A stretch of 27,524 nucleotides of DNA from Candidatus Zixiibacteriota bacterium (GCA_040235515.1 JBECKX010000146.1:1-27524), one strand, 5' to 3'. Counted from the first letter of the stretch, positions 18,197 to 27,432 are shown. The notes: generated by a model from the sequence alone, not told the origin. Numbers and translations: made by a program.

Positions 18197-18287
18197 AGCA
18201 AATCCCGACTCCCCTGAGTGTTTCTCTCATACAGTACGGCGACGCCCCGGCTGAGTTGTATCGTTGCGTAGCGGCTCTTGCCCGAGG

Positions 18288-18725
18288 TCAGGCTTCCGGA
18301 TTGTCTCGTTTCGAAATATAAACAATATCGTCGTGAATCTTATAGCCCTGTTTCTCGAAGAATTTCAGTGCCGCCGAATTTGATTTTTCGACGAGACCGA
18401 AGATTACTGTCGCCCCCGCACGGCGTAATCTGTCTTCGCAGATTTTGGTGAGGGTCTCTCCGATATTGCGCTTGCGGTATGCGGGCACAATCGCGAGGCG
18501 ATTGATGGTACCGCGTCTGCCGTCAAAGGTTCCGATCACCAACCCCACCATTTTTTGTCCGTCGAAGGCACCGATCAAGAAATCGGGGCTGCTTTCCATT
18601 TCCGTCTGGATCCGTTCGCGTGAATCGCGCCCGCGCAGCCGGACAGGCAGTTCGGCCTCATCCCACACCCTGACGATTTCGTCGTAGTCGGTCGGTCGCA
18701 GGTTACGATACTCTATCTCTCCCAT
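18288..18725 (-). CDS. GNAT-family N-acetyltransferase (YpeA-like)
   Basis: FDGRRGTINRLAIVPAYRKRNIG acetyl-CoA motif and NSAALKFFEKQGY. Confidence 0.92.
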   Translation of the reverse strand: MGEIEYRNLRPTDYDEIVRVWDEAELPVRLRGRDSRERIQTEMESSPDFLIGAFDGQKMVGLVIGTFDGRRGTINRLAIVPAYRKRNIGETLTKICEDRLRRAGATVIFGLVEKSNSAALKFFEKQGYKIHDDIVYISKRDNPEA

Positions 18726-18762
18726 TGCTTCCTCAATTCTCCAAGAGAAGTCTCTTCAGCCA

Positions 18763-19749
18763 TTATTCCCTGTTTTGTTCACGAGGCTCCGCTACCAGTG
18801 GTGTTCCAGTGCCGGTGCGGAATTCCTCGAGCATTGTCTCGAAACGTCTGAAGCCGGTGGCGGCATCGGCCAGCAAGTCGCGATTGAATTCGCCCGACTC
18901 GATCCGCCGGTAGAGCTTGCGTAGCTGCGTTTCGAACCCCTTATCGAAAAGTCGCGGCATTGCCTCCAGCGAGCCAAGTGCAGCTGTTTTGGATACCCGC
19001 TCCAGCATTCCGGCTGTGCCATAGCGTTCGATCATCGTCGCCAGCAGCCTCAACTGGTTTACGGTCTCGAGCTTCACATTTTTCTCCGGCAACCCCGATG
19101 CAAGCATCAACCTCACGACAGCGTTTGTTAAGCCCGCAAGCCCGCCCACCAGCAGGGCTTGTTCCCCGAACAGATCACCGATCGTTTCAGCTTCGAACGT
19201 AGTCTCATGTATGCCCGCCCGGCTGCAACCGACGGCATCCGCGATAGCCAATCCGACTCCGTGCGCATGCCCGGTGGCATCCTGGCCGACAGCCAGAAAG
19301 CAGCTCATACCTTTTCCCTCCCGGTAGAGGCGCCGCAGATCTGCACCCGGACCATGCGGAGCCACCAGGATCACATCCTCCGCTTCCGAGAACTGGATGT
19401 TGCGGAAATGGAAATTGAGCCCGTGCAACAACACAATAGCGTGCTTCAGATTGCCCTGTTCCTGCAGGTACTCTCGGTAAAATCCAATCTGCTCGTGGTC
19501 TGGAATTGCAAGAATGATGATGTCACTATCGCGACATTCGGTGGGCGATATTACTGCGATTCCATCCTCATCCGCTGCGGGTCGGGATACGCTGCTCTCG
19601 CGCAGGACAGCGGCGACATTGCAGCCACTCTCGGCGAGATTGAGACAGAATGCTCTGCCCTGCGATCCATACCCGACAACGCTGATTTTTCTACGATCGA
19701 GGAGGGTACGATCGCAGTCAGCGGCATAATAGACGGAACCTACCGTCAT
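18763..19749 (-). CDS. ilvC: Ketol-acid reductoisomerase homologue (divergent active site)
   Basis: VYY..D, VGYGSQG, PD, HG.N.H, VAP.GPG, RAG..ETTF..ET..DLFGEQ..L.GG. Start overlaps the pyrE stop (TGATG). Confidence 0.82.
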   Translation of the reverse strand: MTVGSVYYAADCDRTLLDRRKISVVGYGSQGRAFCLNLAESGCNVAAVLRESSVSRPAADEDGIAVISPTECRDSDIIILAIPDHEQIGFYREYLQEQGNLKHAIVLLHGLNFHFRNIQFSEAEDVILVAPHGPGADLRRLYREGKGMSCFLAVGQDATGHAHGVGLAIADAVGCSRAGIHETTFEAETIGDLFGEQALLVGGLAGLTNAVVRLMLASGLPEKNVKLETVNQLRLLATMIERYGTAGMLERVSKTAALGSLEAMPRLFDKGFETQLRKLYRRIESGEFNRDLLADAATGFRRFETMLEEFRTGTGTPLVAEPREQNRE

Positions 19750-20300
19750 CAGATCGTCAGATCCTTGAGGGTGAAAATCGGGTCAAACTGGACGCCCCGC
19801 TTCTCGAAGTTTTCACGTCCGCCGGCGAGCCGATCTACTATACAGATTACTTTGGACACGGTGCATTCAGCTTCCTCAAGTGCCTCAATCGCTTTGAGCG
19901 ATGATGAGCCGGTTGTCACGACATCCTCGACGACAACCACGCGCATACCTCGTTTGAGTGGCCCCTCGATCCGTTTTTCGCGGCCATGGCCCGATTTCTC
20001 CTTACGGATAATCAGACCGACCACGGGACGATCGATCTCGTACGAGAGTGCCGTCACACCGGCGATGATCGGGTCGGCGCCCAGGGTGAGGCCACCGATG
20101 GCATCGACACTGTCATCGAGCATCTCCAGGATCACGCGGGAGAGATAGTTGAGCCCTTCAGGCATGAGTGAAAGCAGTTTGCCATCAATGTAGTAAGTTG
20201 ATTTCTGCCCGGATGAGAGCGTAAAATCGCCATGAACCACGGCATGGCGGTTCACCTGTTCGAGCAGTTTTTCTCTGAGGGAAGCCAGATATTCTGACAC
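19749..20300 (-). CDS. pyrE: Orotate phosphoribosyltransferase
   Basis: GDFTLSSGQKSTYYIDGK, GGLTLGADPI, RKEKSGHG, PRPP motif VVVEDVVTTGSS. GTG 20300 follows AAGGAG. Confidence 0.96.
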   Translation of the reverse strand: MSEYLASLREKLLEQVNRHAVVHGDFTLSSGQKSTYYIDGKLLSLMPEGLNYLSRVILEMLDDSVDAIGGLTLGADPIIAGVTALSYEIDRPVVGLIIRKEKSGHGREKRIEGPLKRGMRVVVVEDVVTTGSSSLKAIEALEEAECTVSKVICIVDRLAGGRENFEKRGVQFDPIFTLKDLTI

Positions 20301-20375
20301 TTGGACTCCTTCCAATTAACCGATCCAACGATGCCCCCTGCCGGTTCTGCATAGCCAAACATCTACCGGGAGAGC

Positions 20376-20404
20376 AATATATCGGCCCTCTGACTGCATG
20401 TCAA
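20376..20404 (-). promoter_or_regulatory. Sigma-70-type promoter for the pyrE operon
   Basis: Minus strand TTGACA-N17-TATATT. Confidence 0.75.
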
Positions 20405-20444
20405 GCTGAGCCGGGATAGGGGATTAGAAGGATGGAGCCGCGGC

Positions 20445-21656
20445 CTACTCGTAACGCAGTGATTCGATCGGATTGAGGTTGGATGCCTTGTAGGCGGGAA
20501 ACAGCCCGAATACGACACCTACCAGAAAAGCGAATATGAATGAGAGCAGGATCGAGTTCGGGGCGATCGTTGTATTCCATTGGGCAAATTCCGAGAGCGC
20601 GAATGATCCACCTATTCCGAGGGCGATACCGATGATACCGCCAATCATGGCGATTACGACCGCTTCGATCAGGAATTGGAAGCGAATGTCACGTTTGCGA
20701 GCACCGATTGCCATCCTCACGCCGATCTCACGGGTTCTTTCCGTGACCGAAACCAGCATGATGTTCATGATGCCGATGCCGCCTACCAGCAGAGAAACGG
20801 CAGCGATTGATGCCAGCAGAGTTGTCAGGGTCTTGGAGGCTTCGCCGAAGGTGCTGAGGAAGTCAAGCTGGCTTCGCACTGAGAAGTTGTTCTCCTCGTC
20901 GGGCTGAAGCCGCAGATATTTCCGCAGGATCTGCTCGATCTGGATCATCGAAGCGTCCATCATGTCGACAGAAGGCACGCGAACGACGATTTCGTCGACC
21001 CGGTCGGTGCCGAACAGTCGTCGTTGGGCGGTTTCGATCGGGACGATAATCACGTTATCGGGATCACCCCAGCCTTCACCCTTCTCTTGCAGGACGCCGA
21101 CTACGGTAAAATTGAGATTCCTAACCCTGATCTCTTCACCCAGTACGCTCGTGTTGTCCCCGAAGAGGCTCTTGCGGACCTTCTCGCCGATCACAGCCAC
21201 GCGTTCTCTGCGGGCATTGTCGGTGTTGCTGAAGTATTTGCCGGAAGCGACCGGAGCGTTTCGTACCCATTCGTATTCGGGAGTGGTCCCGATGACGCGT
21301 GCGTAGGTGACGCTGTTGCCGAACTTCATTTGCGTGAAACTGTCATATTCAGGAATGACCGCGTCCACCATCGTGGCATTCTCCTGGATTGCCTGGACTT
21401 CGTCCATGGTGAAGCGGATCGTTGCGCCGGCCGCCCGGCTAAAGGCGCGGTTCATTGAACCGGGGCGCACTGTCAGGATGTTGGTGCCGAGTTGTTGGAT
21501 TTGTTGCTCAACGGCAAGTTTGGCGCCTTCACCAAGTGAGATCATGGTGATTACGGCGCTGACACCGATAATGATGCCGAGCATGGTCAATATCAGCCTG
21601 ACCCGGTTGGCCAGGAGCGAGGAAACTGCGACGGCGAATGACTCTGATATGTTCAT
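20445..21656 (-). CDS. MacB-like ABC permease (periplasmic core plus FtsX-like domain, no fused ATPase)
   Basis: LTMLGIIIGV, SLLVGGIGIMNIMLVSVTERTREIGVRMAIGA, QFLIEA, PAYKASNLNPIESLRYE. Start at ATG 21656. Confidence 0.95.
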   Translation of the reverse strand: MNISESFAVAVSSLLANRVRLILTMLGIIIGVSAVITMISLGEGAKLAVEQQIQQLGTNILTVRPGSMNRAFSRAAGATIRFTMDEVQAIQENATMVDAVIPEYDSFTQMKFGNSVTYARVIGTTPEYEWVRNAPVASGKYFSNTDNARRERVAVIGEKVRKSLFGDNTSVLGEEIRVRNLNFTVVGVLQEKGEGWGDPDNVIIVPIETAQRRLFGTDRVDEIVVRVPSVDMMDASMIQIEQILRKYLRLQPDEENNFSVRSQLDFLSTFGEASKTLTTLLASIAAVSLLVGGIGIMNIMLVSVTERTREIGVRMAIGARKRDIRFQFLIEAVVIAMIGGIIGIALGIGGSFALSEFAQWNTTIAPNSILLSFIFAFLVGVVFGLFPAYKASNLNPIESLRYE

Positions 21657-21751
21657 AGGGCTCTTTCGTACAATTTGCGCCTGCTCGTGACTCTCCGCTG
21701 ATTGGACAGACGATGGCTGGCGAATCTTGCACAGAATATACACTGGAAAGG

Positions 21752-22084
21752 ATGAAAATCTCTATGGTAAGTGGAAAAAAGCTGAGCAGAAAAAGGCTGA
21801 CGCCGGCCGAGATCGGTGGGCGTCTGGCCACTCTGGAGGGCTGGCGCTTGGAGGATGGCTTTCTGAAGACTTCGCACAAGAGCGGGAGCTTCAGCAAGGG
21901 AGTGGAGCTCATCAACAAAATAGCCGTTGTCGCAGACGAGCTGGATCACCACCCCGATATCCTGCTCACCTATCCGAAACTGGAGATTTCGCTGAAAACC
22001 CATGATATTGATGGGATTACGGAATTCGATTTTGAGCTGGCCGGGCGGATCAACGAGATCGTTCGACAAATTGCAGAAGGGTGA
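21752..22084 (+). CDS. phhB: Pterin-4-alpha-carbinolamine dehydratase
   Basis: L.GW..F..G..A..LDHHPDI..L.THDIDGITEFDFELA..IN. Start uncertain (21752 or 21764). Confidence 0.9.
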   Translation: MKISMVSGKKLSRKRLTPAEIGGRLATLEGWRLEDGFLKTSHKSGSFSKGVELINKIAVVADELDHHPDILLTYPKLEISLKTHDIDGITEFDFELAGRINEIVRQIAEG

Positions 22085-22184
22085 ATTCTGGAGGGTGAAT
22101 TATAGTCCTTTACAGACTGCACCGGGCGTGTAAATTGTAAGTAGACGATTTAATCTACTCTTTTTGAGAAAAATGGAGGTCTGT

Positions 22185-24992
22185 ATGATCACTTCAAGAT
22201 ATTGGAAGAGATCATTGCCCCAGCTTCTGCTCGTGACACTCCTGACTACTTCGCTCGCTTCGGCGGAAGCCCCCAAGGGGAGAACAAGCGACGGCCCGCG
22301 TACTGCATTGATTCTCGATACCAGTACTCGTCTTGATGCGAATTCGCTCGAGATGTTCGTCTACAACAACGGTAACTTCGCCTACGATGACGCAAATGTC
22401 CTTGGCAGGGACGACGGGCTCTACTTCCCGCGCGGCACGAATAAGACGCTGGTCTACGCCGCCGGATTGTGGGTTGGTGCGAAGGTGAATGGAGGAATTC
22501 GGCTGGCTATCTCTGAGTATAGTGCCGAGTTCGTGCCGGGGCCGATGGCCGGTGGGACTTTCCAGCCGGATTCGCCGGAATTCCATGTATATAAGATCAA
22601 TCGCGGGGATGATGAGAGCAACCCCGACTACGCCAACTGGCCGGTCGATCAGGGTGCACCGCTGCACCAGTCAACCGAGCCGCTGATCGTGGGTGACCAG
22701 ATGACATGGTCTGTGTTCAATGATGCCGACCCGGCAGCGCATGAGAACGATGCCGGTAGTACCGAGCCTCTCGGTATTGAAGTACAGAATGCCTGCTTCG
22801 GATTCGCGCGGAGCGGAGCGCTTGGGAACTCCTTGTTTCTTAAGTACACGATTATCAACAAGGGCGGGAATCAACTCGACAGTGCCTACGTCTCGATCTG
22901 GGTTGATCCCGACGTCGGCTCTGCCGCAGATGACCTGGTGGGTTGTGACACGGTGCGCTCTTTGGGCTACTGCTACAACGAAGGAGCAGACGCGGTCTAT
23001 GGATCAGCCCCACCTGCGGTCGGATTTGATTTCCTCCAGGGGCCGATCGTACCGGGCGGTGATGGTGACACGGCATACGTCTCGGGGGTGGCGAAGCCGG
23101 GATACCGCAACCTGCCGATGGCGTCGTTCAACAAGTATATCAATGCGCTTGATCCAAACAATCCCACCGAGACATTCAATTATATGAAGGGACTTTATGG
23201 AAATGGCGATCCGGTGGTCGATGCGGCTGGCGATACTACGCGGTACGCTTACGCTGGAGATCCTGTCACAGGGACCGGCTGGGTCGACCAGTATTCTTCC
23301 GATCGCAGAATGATGTTGTCGACCGGCCCGTTTGACATGGCGCCCGGCGACACCCAGGAAGTTATCGTCGCGGTAGTGGTAGGTCAAGGATCAAGCCCGC
23401 TCAGCTCGATATCGGCACTGCGGTTGACTGATGATCAACTGCAGGATTTCTTCAACTCGACCTTCTTCATGGATCAGCTCCACCCGACGCTGGAGTTGTC
23501 GGGCAGGAGTTCGGATGGCGCAGTCGAACTGTTCTGGAGTCCCGATATGGAGGGATTCACGATCGAGGATGAGTTTTTCGATCAGGAGTTTCACTTCGAG
23601 GGTTATAACATATTCCGAGCGTCGTATCCGGGAGGAGAGTGGCAGCGACTGGCTACCTTCGATCTGGTTAACGATGTCACACTCATTTATAACGATGTTT
23701 ACAACCCTGATGTCGGCGGCATCGAGCGGGTGGTTGTCGAGAGCGGCTCCAACAGCGGACTGCAATTCCACTACGTCGATCACTCGGCTACCTTGTGGCA
23801 GACTTACAACTATGCCGTGACTTACTACCTTTATGACGTGAATCACCTTACGGAATTCCGGGACCTGAATGGCAATCTGCTCGGATACCTTACTTCAGTG
23901 ATGGAATCCGACAAGGAGCCGTTGATGCTGACCGTGCAATCCGGTCTGACTGCGGTGAGTGATACCGCAGAGCACGTTGCCGGTTCAAGCAGCGGACTGG
24001 TGATCGCGGAGTATGTTGATGGGACCGCCCTTACCGGGCACGATTACCGCGTCACAATCAACAACGACAACACCTGGAACCTCGACAACCTGACACTGAA
24101 TGCCCGCCTTGCCTCACACGAGCCGATGCTGCCGGGTGGTTACGGAGGCCCGACGATTGATGGAATCGTCTGGCGCGTGATAAACCCTGAGCCGGGAGTT
24201 GCTGCGATTGTGGAAGTCGAGAATGGTCTCGGTCCGGTGGTGCCTCCCGATAATGTCAACTACAGCCGTAATTCGACGGATGATTGGTACCTGGACCCGG
24301 GCGGAGATCACAGCCTTTCTCGCTACACCTGGTATGGCGCCACGACACATGACTACGAGATCCGGTTTGGTCCGACCGCGTCGGAACATGCTCTCGGATT
24401 TTTCAACAGCCAGACAGGAGATTATGCTGCCGATATCGGATTCAATGTGCCGATCGAGTTCTGGGATATCGGTATCGGTACGCCCGACAATCCGTCCGAT
24501 GATCGTCGAATTGCGTTCATGCTGCTTGATGGTGATCTATCAGACAGCTTCAGCTGGGGCGATAGGCTTTACATCTGGGATATCGATTATGATGCTATTC
24601 CATGGGGGCAGTCGGACTGGCACACGGGGTTGGTAGACCCCGCATACGGGCTGCTGCATTATGGACGCTGGGGCTTCATGGATTTCTCAGGTCTCAAGGC
24701 GTGGCCTGATCCGGGTACGGTAGTCAGGACATTGACCCACAAGCCGATGGTTGTCGAGGATATCTATGAGCTCCACACTTCAGCAGAATGTGGGGATGTC
24801 AATGCTTCCGGCGGCATAGATATCACGGACGCGGTCTTCCTGATCAACTACATCTTCGGCGGTGGCGCTGCGCCAGCGCCTGGAACCGCTGACGTCAACT
24901 GCGACGGGAAGACAAACATCACTGATGCGGTCTATCTGATAAACTACATTTTCGCGTATGGCCCCGTGCCTTGCGCGAATTGTCCGGACTAG
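22185..24992 (+). CDS. Large secreted acidic protein with C-terminal dockerin type I-like domain
   Basis: ATG 22185 after GGAGG, signal peptide, Asp/Gly/Tyr-rich body (YAAGLWVGAKV, DPDVG..DDLVGCD, FEGYNIFR), C-terminal duplicated DVN..G...ITDAV.LINYIF. Confidence 0.9.
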   Translation: MITSRYWKRSLPQLLLVTLLTTSLASAEAPKGRTSDGPRTALILDTSTRLDANSLEMFVYNNGNFAYDDANVLGRDDGLYFPRGTNKTLVYAAGLWVGAKVNGGIRLAISEYSAEFVPGPMAGGTFQPDSPEFHVYKINRGDDESNPDYANWPVDQGAPLHQSTEPLIVGDQMTWSVFNDADPAAHENDAGSTEPLGIEVQNACFGFARSGALGNSLFLKYTIINKGGNQLDSAYVSIWVDPDVGSAADDLVGCDTVRSLGYCYNEGADAVYGSAPPAVGFDFLQGPIVPGGDGDTAYVSGVAKPGYRNLPMASFNKYINALDPNNPTETFNYMKGLYGNGDPVVDAAGDTTRYAYAGDPVTGTGWVDQYSSDRRMMLSTGPFDMAPGDTQEVIVAVVVGQGSSPLSSISALRLTDDQLQDFFNSTFFMDQLHPTLELSGRSSDGAVELFWSPDMEGFTIEDEFFDQEFHFEGYNIFRASYPGGEWQRLATFDLVNDVTLIYNDVYNPDVGGIERVVVESGSNSGLQFHYVDHSATLWQTYNYAVTYYLYDVNHLTEFRDLNGNLLGYLTSVMESDKEPLMLTVQSGLTAVSDTAEHVAGSSSGLVIAEYVDGTALTGHDYRVTINNDNTWNLDNLTLNARLASHEPMLPGGYGGPTIDGIVWRVINPEPGVAAIVEVENGLGPVVPPDNVNYSRNSTDDWYLDPGGDHSLSRYTWYGATTHDYEIRFGPTASEHALGFFNSQTGDYAADIGFNVPIEFWDIGIGTPDNPSDDRRIAFMLLDGDLSDSFSWGDRLYIWDIDYDAIPWGQSDWHTGLVDPAYGLLHYGRWGFMDFSGLKAWPDPGTVVRTLTHKPMVVEDIYELHTSAECGDVNASGGIDITDAVFLINYIFGGGAAPAPGTADVNCDGKTNITDAVYLINYIFAYGPVPCANCPD
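24789..24989 (+). repeat. Dockerin duplicated Ca-binding repeat within the CDS
   Basis: CGDVNASGGIDITDAVFLINYIFGGG and ADVNCDGKTNITDAVYLINYIFAYG. The duplication is also visible at DNA level. Confidence 0.9.
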
Positions 24993-25009
24993 AGACTTCG
25001 CGGTAGCGG

Positions 25010-26464
25010 TTATTGCGGTTCGGGGATTTCTTCCTCGATTCCAACGAGACGCCGCGCCATGTTGACTTTTTCTTCGATCTGACTCATCGAGCGGATCATC
25101 AGCTTAGCGCCATCGGGCGAACCGCCTCCATGCATGCATCCCGGCACGCCTGCGCCGATGGTGGTCCACTCCACCAGTCTCGCGGCTTTCATGCGGGTAT
25201 CGGCCGAGTACTTAGCCTTCATATACTTTTGTATCAGTTCACCATACTTGACGGACCGCATATCGCGTGATGACGGCATGCATCCTGTCTCCGCAATGCC
25301 GCCGGCGATATCCTGCGCCAGGCGTGAGGTTTCGTACGGCAGCGTGGCGACATGCACCTTGTTGACATTCGAAAGCATCTGGTCAGCGAACCAGACCCCC
25401 GATTCGTGTCTCTTGCCCATAGCAGCGGCGGCGATGCCGACTCCGAATGTGGTTTCATTGTTGATCTGCATCTGCGTGATCTTGTCGCGGAAGACTTTGG
25501 AGCTCAGGCCGTTGGAGCGGGCGGTCAGGATCGCGGCACCGATTTTTACATCCCCCTGCCCGGCGACACAACCACCGATCGCCGCGCGATAATTACAGAT
25601 GAAATTGAGTACGGCGGCGAGACTGAATTTGTATTCCCCTGCCATGAAGACCCTCTCATTCGGGATGAAGACATCCTCGAAGATCAGGAATGCCTGCGTG
25701 ATTCCGCCCTCGCGAACCGGGATGTCATCGCCATCCTCCAGTTCACGCACATCGCTGGGACGGCGGGTTTCCACGATCGTGAGGCCCTCGATATCGCGCG
25801 GGATTACGAACGAAACGGCATACTCAGCATCCGCCTCTCTGTAACCGGAACCGGGGAGAATGAAGATCTCCTGCGCCGCGGCAACACCGCAGATCATCAC
25901 CTTGGCACCGCGGACCACGATGCCGTCAGGGCGACGCTCGACGATATGAAGATACATATCGGGGTCATCCTGCTGGGAGGGAGATTTGGTGCGATCACCC
26001 TTGGCATCAGTCAGAGCACCGGAGATCGTGATATCACGTTCCTGTGCTGAGCGTAGCCAGGTGCAGAGGCGTTGATGGTACTCGGTGCCAAGTGCTTTGT
26101 CCATGTCGTAAGTGACGGCATACATCGAGTTGAGCGCGGTCCAGCCGACGCAGCGGCCTCCCGTGCAGGTGCCGGTCTTCTGGAACATCAGCCTTTTGAG
26201 ACGGCTGTTCGAATACATATCCTCGGGGGATTGGACCAGAGAGAGGTAACGCGAGATCGGCTTTCCATCAAAATGAGAGTTCGCGGTCAGGAGATCCCGG
26301 AATTCGGGATCTTCGGCCAATTTGAAGGTCTGTCCGTGACCTTCGATCGTGCGCCTGGTAGCGGGGTGGATGGTGACATCCTCGATCAGTTCATCGAATT
26401 TGTAGATATTGGGCCGCATCGCGCGCAGCTCTTTGAGATATTGTTCGAAGGTCTTGAGAGCCAT
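25010..26464 (-). CDS. 4-hydroxybutyryl-CoA dehydratase / 4-hydroxyphenylacetate 3-hydroxylase family flavoprotein (divergent)
   Basis: QKTGTC..RCVG, GALTDAKGDR..PSQQDDPDMYLHIVERRPDGIVVRGAK, FEDVFIPNERVF, GGC..G.GDV.IGAA, DIAGG, MHG.GSP. Confidence 0.88.
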   Translation of the reverse strand: MALKTFEQYLKELRAMRPNIYKFDELIEDVTIHPATRRTIEGHGQTFKLAEDPEFRDLLTANSHFDGKPISRYLSLVQSPEDMYSNSRLKRLMFQKTGTCTGGRCVGWTALNSMYAVTYDMDKALGTEYHQRLCTWLRSAQERDITISGALTDAKGDRTKSPSQQDDPDMYLHIVERRPDGIVVRGAKVMICGVAAAQEIFILPGSGYREADAEYAVSFVIPRDIEGLTIVETRRPSDVRELEDGDDIPVREGGITQAFLIFEDVFIPNERVFMAGEYKFSLAAVLNFICNYRAAIGGCVAGQGDVKIGAAILTARSNGLSSKVFRDKITQMQINNETTFGVGIAAAAMGKRHESGVWFADQMLSNVNKVHVATLPYETSRLAQDIAGGIAETGCMPSSRDMRSVKYGELIQKYMKAKYSADTRMKAARLVEWTTIGAGVPGCMHGGGSPDGAKLMIRSMSQIEEKVNMARRLVGIEEEIPEPQ

Positions 26465-26528
26465 GATTGTATCCTTGAAAGAGATTCTTATGGTATTATT
26501 ATCGTCAGAATGTAGTAATATCGGTATA

Positions 26529-26556
26529 AATATACAGGTTCCGGGCGGGATGGCAA
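26529..26556 (-). promoter_or_regulatory. Possible sigma-70-type promoter for the AbfD-like gene
   Basis: Minus strand TTGCCA-N16-TATATT in an AT-rich spacer. Confidence 0.45.
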
Positions 26557-26607
26557 GTGGGGATGGGGGTGTTGGATGCGGCTGATTGGTCTATCTGATG
26601 GACAGAC

Positions 26608-27408
26608 TTACTTCGAAACTGTCACCACATGAGCCGGCGCGGGGAACCTGACACTACCGTCGGGCTGTTCAAACTGCTTGAGGGTGGTGCTGGCTTCGGC
26701 GAGGAGCGTCGCATACTGCTCATCATTGATCATATCGGAGAGGGTCCAGCCGCGGATATCGGTAAACATCCACGACTCGATTGAGGGGAATTGAGCCTCA
26801 CCGGGAGTGGTGATAATCTCTGCATTCTCATAGCCCGCATCGGCGAAGACTCCGTTGAGCGTAGCGGTGTTGCCCAGATTGAAGGGTGAGCGAAGTGCGT
26901 TGGCGGCATCATCGCCGAAGAGGCGATGCAGCATGTTAACGACCTCGAAATAGCCGGGTGTGGTGTCGAGGGAGTCCCAGACAGCAATCACCATCTTGCC
27001 GCCCGGCTTGAGGACACGGTGCATCTCTCGCAGCGCCTGCGCACGGTCTACGAAGAACATCAGGGCGAACTGGCAGAAGACGGAGTCAAAGGTCTCGTCG
27101 TCGAATGGGAGATTCTCCGCAGGAGCGTTGATCCAGTCAACTTCCGGTGTCATGCGATCTGCTACCGCGAGCATACCTTCATTGATGTCAATGCCTGTGA
27201 CCTTTCCCGTTTCCCCAACTGCCTTTAGAAGGGCGCGAGCGACTACACCTGTGCCGCAGGCCACATCGAGAACCTTGTCACCTTGTTTGACTTCTGCTGC
27301 ATTGATCAGTTTTTCGGGCCATTGGCCGAAGATGGCGGGGATAAAGAATCTCTCGTAGATTTCGGCGGCTTCGGTGTTGACCTGACCGCGGTCTTGCGAT
27401 TCTGCCAT
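26608..27408 (-). CDS. Class I SAM-dependent methyltransferase (UbiE-like)
   Basis: VLDVACGTG, GIDIN, AENLPFDDETFDSV, EMHRVLKPGG. ATG 27408 follows AGGAGGTG. Confidence 0.93.
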   Translation of the reverse strand: MAESQDRGQVNTEAAEIYERFFIPAIFGQWPEKLINAAEVKQGDKVLDVACGTGVVARALLKAVGETGKVTGIDINEGMLAVADRMTPEVDWINAPAENLPFDDETFDSVFCQFALMFFVDRAQALREMHRVLKPGGKMVIAVWDSLDTTPGYFEVVNMLHRLFGDDAANALRSPFNLGNTATLNGVFADAGYENAEIITTPGEAQFPSIESWMFTDIRGWTLSDMINDEQYATLLAEASTTLKQFEQPDGSVRFPAPAHVVTVSK

Positions 27409-27432
27409 TGGTGTCACCTCCTGTTTTAGAGG

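Noticed and set aside
17381..18217. 278-aa plus-strand ORF
   Set aside because: Antisense shadow of the ABC ATPase, typical of GC-rich coding DNA.
19159..20148. 329-aa plus-strand ORF
   Set aside because: Antisense shadow of ilvC and pyrE with no recognisable motifs.
22078..22101. Direct repeat AGGGTGAATT twice at the phhB stop
   Set aside because: Only two 10-bp copies, with no array, transposase or terminal inverted repeats.
21752..26464. Functional link between phhB and the HpaB-family gene as a pterin-dependent hydroxylase system
   Set aside because: They are on opposite strands and separated by a 2.8-kb gene. The family is flavin-dependent, and orphan phhB genes are common.
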